A stretch of DNA of 64,000 nt, taken from a virus. The translations under genes and the position numbers were made by a program. Below, piece after piece: positions 28,601 through 39,900 of this stretch (positions are counted from its first letter, which is position 1; each line of letters opens with the position of its first letter). The notes below the pieces were generated by a model, which was given only the letters and a program-made list of their open reading frames with translations, did not search any database and was not told the DNA's origin. The stretch covers positions 19,278 through 83,277 of the IMG/VR virus record IMGVR_UViG_3300020478_001251, one strand, 5' to 3'.

Positions 28601-30902
28601 TACTTGCATTAAAACTTACAGATTTACCAGCAACATATCCACTTCCCTCGGCCGTAGTCCAAGCACCAGTAGTAGTTGGAGCTTTATCAATTATTGTAAT
28701 ATCTTGTAAAGCGGAAGTTCTTGTTTGTGGTAGATTATTTGGTGCCGAACCTTCAAAATCAAAAACCATAATATCATATAAACCACACTTAGCTGCAGAT
28801 AATGCAGGTGTGGTGATTGCATAGTTATTATCAGTATCCGTATTATCAGAAGTCATTGCCACAGTCGCAAGTTTTGTTGTATCACTATGGTCGTAAAAAT
28901 CTTCATCATCGACAGATGCAAATCCTAAACATATATCTCCCTTTGCTACATTCTTAGATTGCCAATCTATTCTAAGTGTATTTGATGCACCTCTTCTCAC
29001 AACACGACTACTTACCCATCCACCACCACCAACCGATGTTGATAGTGCTCCAAAAGATTGTGCCCCAAGTAATGTTACATTAATTGCGACTGTGGCTTGT
29101 GTTGATGTTGTACCATTTCCACTTGCTGTTACACCAAATGTTTTTGAACCAGCAGTTGTTCCTGAAAAATTTCCAGCCAAAGTATTATCCGTTTCACTTG
29201 AATCTGAAAATCCAGATGGTATTGTCCATGTAAATCCATTTGTTGAAATTGTATCACCCGCGGCAGTTGCAGTAAATGATAATGAAGTGGCACTAATTCC
29301 TGTTGGTGTAAGTCCAGTACTATATGTATTTGCAAACCCTACCGCCGATGTTAACGAACTATCTTCAACTAAACTTACAGTCGGTCTGACTGTTAATGTA
29401 TCTGTTTGGTTGTTTGTTTGTGAATAATTCGATGTTCCAGCAAAACTAATTGTATAAACTCCATTTGCAGAACCTGGTGTCATTGTGGCACTATTCGTTC
29501 CACTGCCAATATTTGGACTTGAAGTAATAGCAACACTTGCACCATTTCCAGCCGAAACTGATGCCACAAAAGCTTGAGTATTATTTATATCAATTGTTGT
29601 ATTTCCTGTAGTTGAATAAGTTAAAGTTGGTGCAACTGAAATACCAGAACCTGCAGTTAAATTTTGGTCTCCACCAGTAAGATAATACGCTTTTGGATAA
29701 TATGTAGTAAGACCTGTACCTGTAGCAGTTAATGATGTAGATGTATTACTCCAAGTAGATGCTGAATATAATGAATTAACGAGTCCTGCAGTATAATCTG
29801 TAAAGGTTGTATTAGAATTAGATGTTCCCCAACCAACTCTTAGAGCGACAGAACCACCACTATTATCAGCACCTTTAGAAACTGCATTCATTGTTACTGA
29901 ATCACCAGCATTAAATGTTCCATCACCAATTGCAGCAACATCATCCCACGACCTTGTATAAGGAACATCTACAATTGCCGTACTCGTTGTTGTATTTCTT
30001 GTATTTGGATTATTAACATCTCCACTATCTGGATATCCATAATGTGTAGTTGTAAATGTCATTTTACCTGGAGTATTTAAAACTTGTATTCCACCCTCTA
30101 CCAAATTTAAATGATATATATTACCACCATCTCCGTTCACATTAATAGCCCTTGAAACAGATGATGAAAATTGTGTACCCGTTGTTACGGCCGTGGCATA
30201 ACTTAATGTTCCATTACCTGATGGCCCAATATATTGGTCTGATTCTGAAACAAATGTTTGATATGTTGCTCCAGCACCCGCCGATTGAATATTAGTAGTT
30301 CCATGTCCAGATATAGAATCACGATATCTGAATTTAGTATCTGCAAAATTTGAATTATAACTCGAATCATCATCAGCAACTTTAAATTTTAGTGTTGCAC
30401 CATCTTGTGTTCCTGGAGTAATTCCTAAAGATACACCTACATATGCCGTTCCACTACCATCTGTATCATCTGCATCAGTATGAGCAGGTGAAACAGAAGA
30501 ACCCGCATCAGTAACAACTTCAAATTCAGCTGTATTTACTATACCTGAATTATCAATTGCTAACATCACAAGAGTTTCACCCTCTACCATTGTAGAGTTA
30601 GCATCATTGGCCGCATTACCATCTAATTGATTTGAACCAACACTACCTCGATATAATACAAAACTTTCAAATGTACCTGGATAATCCGCACTATAAAAAT
30701 GTGATATCCTATCTTCATCCGCACCTAATAATGTTCTTAAAGTTGATGAAGCTGTTGGTGAATTACTTAAAACGGCAGCATTTGCAAATGCATCTGAAAA
30801 ACTATCTAATGACATATCAGAACCAGAAGTTACTGATGATGTTTCGTTCTGGTTCTTATATAAATCCGAAAATTTTATCTCACCACTACTTGTTATTGCC
30901 AT
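25650..30902 (-). CDS. 1750-aa Ser/Thr/Gly-rich tail-tip/adhesin-like protein with Ig/FN3-like repeats and C-terminal Hint domain
   Basis: N-terminal MAITSSGEIKFSDL...ISHFYS; FN3-like YYQLQRS...YYYRMVPYN; Hint CFALGTKVWM.DG..K.IED...TYEHP...DVEDNNTYF...VHN-A at about 25668-26189. Confidence 0.8.
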   Translation of the reverse strand: MAITSSGEIKFSDLYKNQNETSSVTSGSDMSLDSFSDAFANAAVLSNSPTASSTLRTLLGADEDRISHFYSADYPGTFESFVLYRGSVGSNQLDGNAANDANSTMVEGETLVMLAIDNSGIVNTAEFEVVTDAGSSVSPAHTDADDTDGSGTAYVGVSLGITPGTQDGATLKFKVADDDSSYNSNFADTKFRYRDSISGHGTTNIQSAGAGATYQTFVSESDQYIGPSGNGTLSYATAVTTGTQFSSSVSRAINVNGDGGNIYHLNLVEGGIQVLNTPGKMTFTTTHYGYPDSGDVNNPNTRNTTTSTAIVDVPYTRSWDDVAAIGDGTFNAGDSVTMNAVSKGADNSGGSVALRVGWGTSNSNTTFTDYTAGLVNSLYSASTWSNTSTSLTATGTGLTTYYPKAYYLTGGDQNLTAGSGISVAPTLTYSTTGNTTIDINNTQAFVASVSAGNGASVAITSSPNIGSGTNSATMTPGSANGVYTISFAGTSNYSQTNNQTDTLTVRPTVSLVEDSSLTSAVGFANTYSTGLTPTGISATSLSFTATAAGDTISTNGFTWTIPSGFSDSSETDNTLAGNFSGTTAGSKTFGVTASGNGTTSTQATVAINVTLLGAQSFGALSTSVGGGGWVSSRVVRRGASNTLRIDWQSKNVAKGDICLGFASVDDEDFYDHSDTTKLATVAMTSDNTDTDNNYAITTPALSAAKCGLYDIMVFDFEGSAPNNLPQTRTSALQDITIIDKAPTTTGAWTTAEGSGYVAGKSVSFNASTYAAYYQLQRSSDDVTWGNVSGKTTTGTSITLDGHSTNTTNYYYRMVPYNDNSYVDDNGGASTSDESGTANASARYQLYPDATNSKNVISAPATIFRTTLNNSTDTTLHFNSPTNATDNVVTYAYSDNTAVWSISDASTSTALLTATGTAGTGTVTLDITCEGGSDSDTTSATAVGIALYHYPAISAMSLNKTSLKVGVESDQLVVEDFTYQGFRQLGASAMNVVIDLSDGSNTVGYSTSTGNTTSVTLSNIDDSHTTEREIVDEVINLGYVDAAVGTGTTTAKVRFTFQNHDTTNDPTVSPVLFTTSVSLNHPNTLTTYQSCNSSTGKWSGGYSTPEGAFNDTTGGGAAGSDCRIYGDLNDPVGDGTEVYKLMADGSVAITDGANQYYHNYQWNSGLSAYNNDVMKIGADGGIDEYYDELAIPPDAISSLASSQTTTGASVSSIGDLADYTYGANNDRSVTITGKATTKTVAFTWTRNSSINDAVGFEWNNGGYSALAANSTGKSVTSVTNGSYTNGANVRNSRNGVNQFGGAVNSGTITVNNDATLYFGAYNGSSWKNLGTTTGTGPFTFSSVSLEPGSWTIYCKYGGYPSSTSGNLANNHSFTVSANDALVWRVPGTPLTYPYDVNISGYQGQGDEIWWIGGTSVESGELSGTDDVEVYFHINDTSNNNFPGTAGSGMKMHLNIGRTGSAGAVSTDGTTTLRVKLQNQTATTEAYSGFSGAISNEVSALDTIKLWVGGDMTDDNSKAFVALGMETGITAEGTIEENYVIKAFYNSETAGLNKKAVKVNVNVFDESGGTGTTCFALGTKVWMNDGTWKNIEDVTLTDSLKSMNIDGLPNSDNFGDYGFWSTGSIAGASITDSDAVFNGQDYYYDHYEIIDENDNSIKSTYEHPFLVYRDLSLNNDGNITEATPKYCWVRAKSLDKYTDKLVNSNKELVSIKTINYTESEALFVKLDVEDNNTYFVKLGDNAIAVHNAGKAP

Positions 30903-33900
30903 CTAACTTCTCCACTTTAGATTGCAATTCCTTAATTTGAATTTGTTGTTCTTTAATGGCCTCTACTAATAGTGGTACAACCTTTTCATAATAAACTCTT
31001 TTACCAGTTAATTCCTCATCATCATCATTAAGTAGATATCCCTCTTTGACCAACACTTCCAATCCATCAACTTTTTCTACCTCTTGTGCAATAAACCCAA
31101 CATCATGACCTCTTTCATTAAAATCGTCTTTCCAATCAAACTCAACACCTCTTAATTTTTGAACTTTAAGTAATGCATTTTCTATAGGTCTAACATTTTC
31201 TTTAAATTTTATATCTGATATTGTCGATGAATATCCAATAATATCACCATCTGCATGAAAATCTCCAGAATCTGTCATTGCAAAATCAACTGCTCCAGCA
31301 GTATAGAATCTCATACCACCAGCTCCAGTTCCTATAGATTGAATTGAATCATTACCAGTACCATAATTACCAGTATGGTCTAACATTACCGCACCAAAAT
31401 TTCCAGTATAAGCTTTGACTTTTCCAGTACCAGAGTAATCCAATGTTATATCACTACCAATGACCGTTTTCTTACTCATCGAACCAAGTTCTGATATTGA
31501 AATAGAACCAGTTGTATGAACTGCTCCCATAATATCAACCGTCTTATCTTCATCAGGAGTCATACGGAAATATTTATTATCCGAATTTTCCAAAGTAGCA
31601 TTTGTTAAGAATACTGCCTGTATTCCTTTTGGTGTAACCTCTACTTTTTTATTACTTGGTGAATGAGCCATTGTTTCGATTTTAGAATATTGCTCTGTAA
31701 CAGATAAACCTGCAGAAGCATTTTTTCCAGTACTTGAATGTTGATATTCTTCTCTCAAATTATTATTAGTAAATACAATATCATAAATTACCCAAGTATA
31801 ATCATCTAAATCATTTGCGACAGTATGGTTATAACTTCTTGTAATAGTTCTTTTAAATGTATTAGCATAATACGGGCCTCCACCACTACCTGTAAAATCA
31901 TCAGGTATAAAATCTGTAAAGAAATTACCACTATGTGATTCAATCGAATCTGAAATAACTGCCCAAGCACCACCACTTACTGATTTATATAAAGCAGTTT
32001 TACAAGTATAACTAACATCACCCAAACTCATCCAGTTTGTAGTAGTGGTATCTAATACATTCATAGATTTTATTTGACACCATAATGCCCAACCAGCCTC
32101 ACTCTTATAAACTGCATCTGTTAAATCTGCAGAGTATGTTCCAAAATTTGTTGTAGATGGTGAATTTCCAACCGAACTTTCAACATTGGCATAAACACTA
32201 CTTTCTCCAGTATGTCCTGTAAATCCACCTGCAATCCAAGATTTACTACTTGAATCACCATTATCTAAATCTGGAGTTTGTGTTTGTGTTTGTGTTCCAG
32301 TCCATCCTTGTGTAACACTATTATATGCCAAACCACCAGCCTTCAATATAGAAGCTGCCGCTGTGAATGATGGAACAATTTCAGCTATATAGTTTCCATC
32401 CTTTAATGTGATATTTGGACTTGCACCACCATCAATTACAATTGAACTATCTGCATCTCTTATTTTACTACCATCAATATTCCAACCTGAACCTGTACTT
32501 TGACCAAAGAAACCTGAAGTTGCTGATATATCTCCTGCAAAAACCGCATCTTCAGCCGTCATAATACCACCATCTCGTAGTGAGAATTTTGGTGTAGCTA
32601 TACCAAGTTGGAAATTATCACCTGTACTACCAATATTTTTCTTCTGCATAAATCTTACATATTCCGAACCACTTCTCATAGAAAATTCACCACTACCACT
32701 AATGAATACTCCCTCAATATCTGCCATTGAAGTTCTATTACCACCTGGACCTACTGATATATAACCACTATCAGCAGATGATGCTGTAAATGTTGCTGTA
32801 TTTATAGCTAAATTATCTGTTACGATATTAATACTTGATGGTGTTCCAGAAATATAATTAGTACTTCCACCCCATTTAAACGCCGAAGTAGAATCTATAT
32901 AAGCATAATTGTTTGAATCAACATATAATCCATCATTATTACCACTAACATTAATACCAAATTTACTACTACCTGCAGTGACTGTTCCATCTGGAATTGT
33001 TAATCCATCTGAATTCATACGAACTCGGACAGTAGTACCATCCATCAATCTCATACCTAAAGCATCTATCTGAATATGTTCCGTTGCAGTTGGACCAAAT
33101 GAAGATGTTGTAGCAGTAATACTTACGGCTGTGTTACTTGCATCACCAGCATGAATTGCAAAACCAGTACTTGATTGATTTGTAAAAAATGTATTAGTAT
33201 TACCATAAGATTTAACACCACTTGAACTAATAACGACTGTATTTGTATCATCACTATCAGCACCACCTAATGTTAAAACACCATTCTTTTGTTCACTTAT
33301 TATAGTTCCATCTTCATCATAATATCGAGTTGAAGTAGAATCAATAATAATTCTATCCCTTGTATTATCATTAAAAGATACAGTCCCACCATAAATTGTA
33401 GAATTTGCACCAAAGGTTGATAAAACTGAACTTGCGTTTTTTATATCAATTGAATCGGTATCAATGTGGACATGTTGACCAGAAGTTGGACCAAGTGTAA
33501 TTAAATTATCTGCAAATGAAGCTGAAATTTGTGTTCCTCTTCTAAGTTGAATACCAGCATCAGAATCAACATACACATTACGATTTGTAGATGTAGTTTG
33601 TCCAATCGTCATATCAGTACCATAACTTGCTAATGTTGCATTACCAGCGGCATTCTTCAAATCCATACCAGCAGAAGATAATACAACTTGTGTTTGCATT
33701 GATTGTGAAAATTGATTTAAATATGAACCACTAATACTACCACTAATATCTGCATCCGTTGGTATTCCTGTTCCACCAGTTATATTAATTGTTCCCTCAA
33801 CTTCTAATGTACTTCCATTCCATTTAATATGGTCACCACTTGAATTACCTAATAGGAATTTACCACTACCATCTACAAAGAAACCATTACCAGCAGTATA

Positions 33901-36900
33901 ATCAGTAGGTGGTGTACTACCAAGTGCAATACTACCACTTCCACCTGCGGCTGAATCTATATCAAGATTACTTGTATCAAGTTTAAACACACCTGTTTTA
34001 ATATCTAAATCACTACCATCAAAATGTAAATAAGAATCACCACTTGTTGCAGTTCCAACTCTGAACTTACCAGTACCATCCATATACACACCTGTATTAG
34101 CAGTTTCGGTAATATCTTTTGCAGATGAACCTAATTTAATAGCACCACTACTTAGTGAACTACTAACGATTATTGTTCCTGCATCTAATCCAAAGTTTTG
34201 TGATTTTAAATCAAAACCACTTGATGTATTCCTTATATAATTACCTATTCCTGCTTGAAGATTAAAGTATCCACTACCACTTATGATAATTCCATTTGAA
34301 GAAAAATTCGTTGGTGGTGATGCACCCATAGAAAGTCTTGTTGCACTACCTGATGCAACTATATCCATCGTTGTGGTATCAATATTTAAGTTACTTGTTT
34401 TTACTTGTAATTCTTCGGATGTTGGATTATATCTTACAAATGAATTACCACTTGTTGCAGTTCCAACTCTAAAGTTTCCACCACCATCAAGATAAGCACC
34501 CTCACCAGCCGTTACAGAAGTTGCACTTCCAAGTTTTAAGAAGTTAGATGTGCCAGTTCCACTCGTTCCACTAATATCAAAACCTTCTGTTACAACTCTA
34601 AATGATACTGTCCTTAAATCAAAATCTGTTCCATCAAATACTAAGGAAGAAGAAGCATGATTATAAACTTTTAATTTTGAAGTTCCACTATCACTACCAA
34701 TTATAATTCCACCTTCTGTTCCCGTAAATGTTTGTGAACCAATTTGTAAATAATTATCACTTGTAGTACTTGATAGTAACATCTTAGCACTTCCTTTTGG
34801 TCCGAAATGTATCTTTGATGGGCTTCCACCTGTAAATGTTACTCCTGCATTTGAATTAGTATCATAACCCAAACTCATTGATGGGACTGTAGATTCTATT
34901 TCAAAATCAGTTGCATCTACAGATATAGTTCCTGTTGTAATATCAACATTGGATGCCGTTACTTCAATATCATCACTTGCTATTTGTAAATTACCACTTG
35001 TACTATCAAATTTTATATATTGTGTAGAAGTTCCAATGTTCATTTGTTGAACTGAATTACTATTTGCAATCCAAATACCAGTAGTAGTATCTGCAAAAGA
35101 TGTTTTACCACTTGATAATGAACCAAAAGTTTGTGAACCACTCAAAATCAGAGCTTTACTTACATTTCTACCAACTCTTAAATAAGCACTATCATCAGAT
35201 GCTTGCATTAAAATATCATTATTTTTTAATGACATCGAGGCTTGTGTAGATGATATTCTTAAATCTGTATATCCATTTAATGCTGTTCCAGCCTTTAACT
35301 CAAAAGTTTTTGGTTGAATTGCAATATTTCCACTTGAATCATTTGATAAATAATAATTTGAACTACCAACTTTAAATGCGGCATTAGTGTACCAATAATT
35401 GTTGTTATTTATATAGATACCATCATTACTTCCATTTACATCAATACCCATTTTTATCTGTTCAGAATCGGAAGTATTGATATGAACGATACCAGTAAAC
35501 GAACCTGTCGTTGCGGTTATGGCTCCTGTTAAAAATATATTTTCTGTAAATAAACCAAATCCAGGATTTGTGTTTCCATAAAGTAATCCACTACTTAATC
35601 CACTTAAATCACCAAGTCTTGCTTTTAAATTTACATCATAAATTGCAGAACCAGTTCTTTCAACAATATCCATATAAGGTGTTGTTTCATCATTTGGATT
35701 AGCATTTAATCTAATGTAACCAGTATTAATCTTACCAGTCGAAACTATTACTTGTGAACCACTATAAGCTTGTGCAGTTCCTGGAGTTTCTCCTAATGAA
35801 CCACTATCACCACTTATTCCACTTCCATAAGAACGAGTTACAAATAACTGACCTGAAAAGTTTGTTTCACTATCAGGATAATCTCTCGAAGCACTTTGAA
35901 CTAAAACATACTCTGTTCCAAATCCTGTTGTACTTACTTTCTTTAAAGATAAAACTTCATTAGCAGTAAATCCTGTAACATTAACAACTGACATTGTATT
36001 TTGTGTTGAAGCATGAACTCCACTTGGATTAAATGCACTTGATGTTAAGACAGTCGAATTGGCAACATATAATTGTCCACCAACGGCATTTACACTTTCT
36101 TTTTCAAATACGGCAGTTGCCAATGTTCCACGAATTTTAGCATTTTCTACTTCTAAGAAACCACCTTGTGCGGCAGTTAATCTAAATCCACTACCAGCAA
36201 CATTACTTGCAAATCCACTTGATTCAATAGTACCATCTTTTCTAATAACCATAGCACCACCAGTTAAAGTTTCATTTGCAATAGTCCAACCTGCTATCTC
36301 GTTACCTTCACCACCAAGTTTTAATAATGTATCACTTGAACCCGTTCCTGCACCATCGTAAACTTTTAATCCATATAAATCTGAAGCACTATCTGATATT
36401 TCTCCAAATCTAATAACTTCATCACCCTCTCCATCATATACTTGTATTCTACTTGTGGATGAATCAATATCTAATCTATCAGTATCTAATCTAAAATTAG
36501 GTGTTTTAATATCAATACCACTATTTTGTGCTCTGAAGTAATTATTATTACCACTACCAACTGTCATATCAAATTTGGCTTCTCCATTATCCATACCCAT
36601 AATGAAACCAGCCGTTGTAGTTTGAGCAAAATCTGTTTTACTACCAAATTTTATAAATCTATCATTACCAGCACTTTGAATTACTATTGGATTACTTCCA
36701 CCTGGACCTATACTCATACTCGTATGTGCTGATGAAATTTCAATACCTGTAGTTTGAACTTCTAAAGTAGAAGTTTTAATATCTACACCAGTATCAAATA
36801 GGAAATGTCCAGCACTACCACTAAACGAAACTCGTGGTCTTGATTGTGCATTTACATATCCAAGAAATACTCCAGGATTTGAATATGCTTTTGTAGATTG

Positions 36901-39900
36901 TCCAATACTCAAATATGGACTTGCCCCATTACCATTTGCATACCATTGTTCATTTGTTCCTAAAGACATTGAAGCATCAGTAGATGATAATTTAAATCCT
37001 GCGGCAGTAATGTTTAAATCTGTTACTTGTATATCAACATCAGAACCAGTTATACTAAAATTACCACTATTAAATGAAACATTACCATCATCATCACCAA
37101 ATTTAAAATTACCAGCTCCATCCATATAAATACCACTACCTGTGGTCATACTGATAAATGATGCATCTGTTCCTATTGCAACTTTTGGTGTTCCACTTCC
37201 TTGTAATATAATTCTACCTTGTGGATAACTTACACTATGTCCTAAACTCATAGAAGATTCGGTAGTAGATACCTCAAATGTTGAAGCATCTATTTCAAGT
37301 TTTTGTGATTGTATATCTAAATTTCCACCATCAAATTTTATAAAATCTGTTGAGTTACCTACATGAAATTCAGGGTCTGTATTATTATTTGCTAACCAAA
37401 ATCCTGCGGTTGTTGATGTTGCAGATGTTTTACCTGTTGCAATATATCCTTGTGTTGATGAACCAACTATCTCTACTTGTTTACTTGTAGTTGCACCAAC
37501 TTTAATTTTACTATTATCACCATCGAGTATAATATTACCCTCACCCAATGACATACTTGCATTTGTAGAACTTATTTCTACATTACTTGCATCTAATTCT
37601 AATGAACCAACTTGGACTGTAAAGTTACTACCATCAAATTGGATTCTATCTCCACTTCCACTACCAATTAATAATTTACCAGTACCATCTACATAAAATC
37701 CATTTCCACTATTATAAGCAGTTGGTGGTGTTCCACCAAGTGCAATTTTACCCTCATTCGTTCCACTATCCATAATAAGTGAAGTTGCATCTAAATCAAA
37801 GTTTTGTGCCTTAATATCAATACTACCACCAGCAGAAACTTTAAGATAATCATTATTACTAACATTACCTTTTATTAAAACATTACCACTTGAATCTGCA
37901 AAGAAACCACTATTGGTTGTTGCGACTGTAGTAGCATCGGATAATCCACCAACTTCTATTGAACCTGCAGAATTTAATGTTACTACTCCACCAGTTAATG
38001 TAGTATCAGTTAAAGTCCATCCACCAATCTTACCACCAGTAAATAATACTTGTGAACCTGTTATTTCTCCTGAACCACTAAGAATTAAACTATTATCAGT
38101 AGAATGAATAGCAACTGGAGTAATACTGAAACCTGATATCTTTTGTTCACTTTTACCAATATACATAATATTGGAATAATTGTTATCTGAATCCTTTTTT
38201 ATTACTTGTAAACCATAATCATCATTGTGGTGTAAAGTGGTAGTATTACTTAATCCACCAACTCTAACTATCTTTACATGACCATCGGTTGTATCATCAT
38301 CATCTCTGTATATATGTAAACCTTGTTGAATATTTTGAGCTTGATTATCAGCCTCAACTGATAAGTAAATTCTGGATGTAGCAGTTGTAGAATGACCACC
38401 AAGTGCCTTAGAAATATATTGTGGATTCATTTCCCATCCAGCAATAGAACCTGAAACAAACTTTGCATGTCCTTGTGCAGTTATAGATGATGAGGCATTT
38501 GCCACTGTCGCTGGTGAACCACCAATTGTTGCAGGTGTTAATATAGAGTTAGCAGCAACTGTCCCAAGTATTGTAACTCCATCTGTAATTGTTCCACCCT
38601 CTAATAAGAAACTACTACCTGTTACATCTCCATTTTGTTTTACATTAAACTTCGATGTACTGATAAACATATATTTATCTTGATTAATTCCACCTGCAGT
38701 TGGCGAACCAGAAATAAAAATATTGTTACTTGAAAAGGCATGGTCATCAGAAGTAAATCCACCAATCAAACCAGCACTTGCAGTTATAGTACCCTGGAAT
38801 GTAGCCCCACTTGCAAATAAAATACCATCCTTATCAACACCAAAATTTGGCCCCATCTTAATATAATAACCAGAACGATAATTATTTACTTTATCTACAC
38901 TTTCGGATGGTTGAAAATCTATATAATATTCATCTCTTAATTGTTCAAAAGCTGCTCCTGTATCAGAACCTGGACCAGCATCTGTTTTATATATTTGAGA
39001 ACGAGTAGCATTCATCGTGATATTACTACCACTAATTTGTCCATCTACAATTTGAAAATCACCAATATTACCAGCAGTTGCTGTAATAGTACCTGACATA
39101 ATAACATCACCATCAGGTTGTATTTCAAAATTACTCGAACTTATATGTAAGTTTCCATTTGAACCACTAACAAAAGTAGATGTTGATTGTCCTAAAAAGA
39201 ACTCATCAGTAACAACTTGAAATGTACTTGGATTTGTTCTAAACTTTAAATATCTATCTGTTGAACTATGTGCATCTACAATTTCTAAACCAACACCATT
39301 GTAAGTTTCTGCTGAACCTATTTGGTCTGTAACAGAACCACTAAACATCATAAATCCACCACTACTACTTGCTATAGTTTTATCAAACCCATCATATCCT
39401 ATTGAACGAATAAATGCAGAACCACCATGCATTTCAATACCACTACCCTCAACATTTCCAAGATACATTGAACCACTTAATAAGTTTCCATCTCCATCTA
39501 TATTAAATGATGCCCCAAGAAAATCAGCATCTTCTGCGATTGCAACAGTCTCCGCGATATTATTATTTACATCATAAAATTCAACTAAGAAATCATACTT
39601 ATCTGGTTTCTTAGGCATTGGATGTGGCATTGGAACAATTGCCCTAAAGAAATCTGGATTAAAATTTGTTTCACTATAAGGCCCAACTTCTACATCAGAA
39701 ATTATTGCTCTACCAGAATTAATTTCAAACTTTAATTTTAATTTAGGGTCTACTGTCGCACCACTCGGTGTTATAAATGTATTGAATACTGAAGGTATTG
39801 AACCTTGTTCTTCTGTTGCATCTTGAACTCTTCCTAATGGATACCATTTATCAGTAGCAAGTGATGTTCCATCGATTGCAGATTGGTGAACATATACTTG

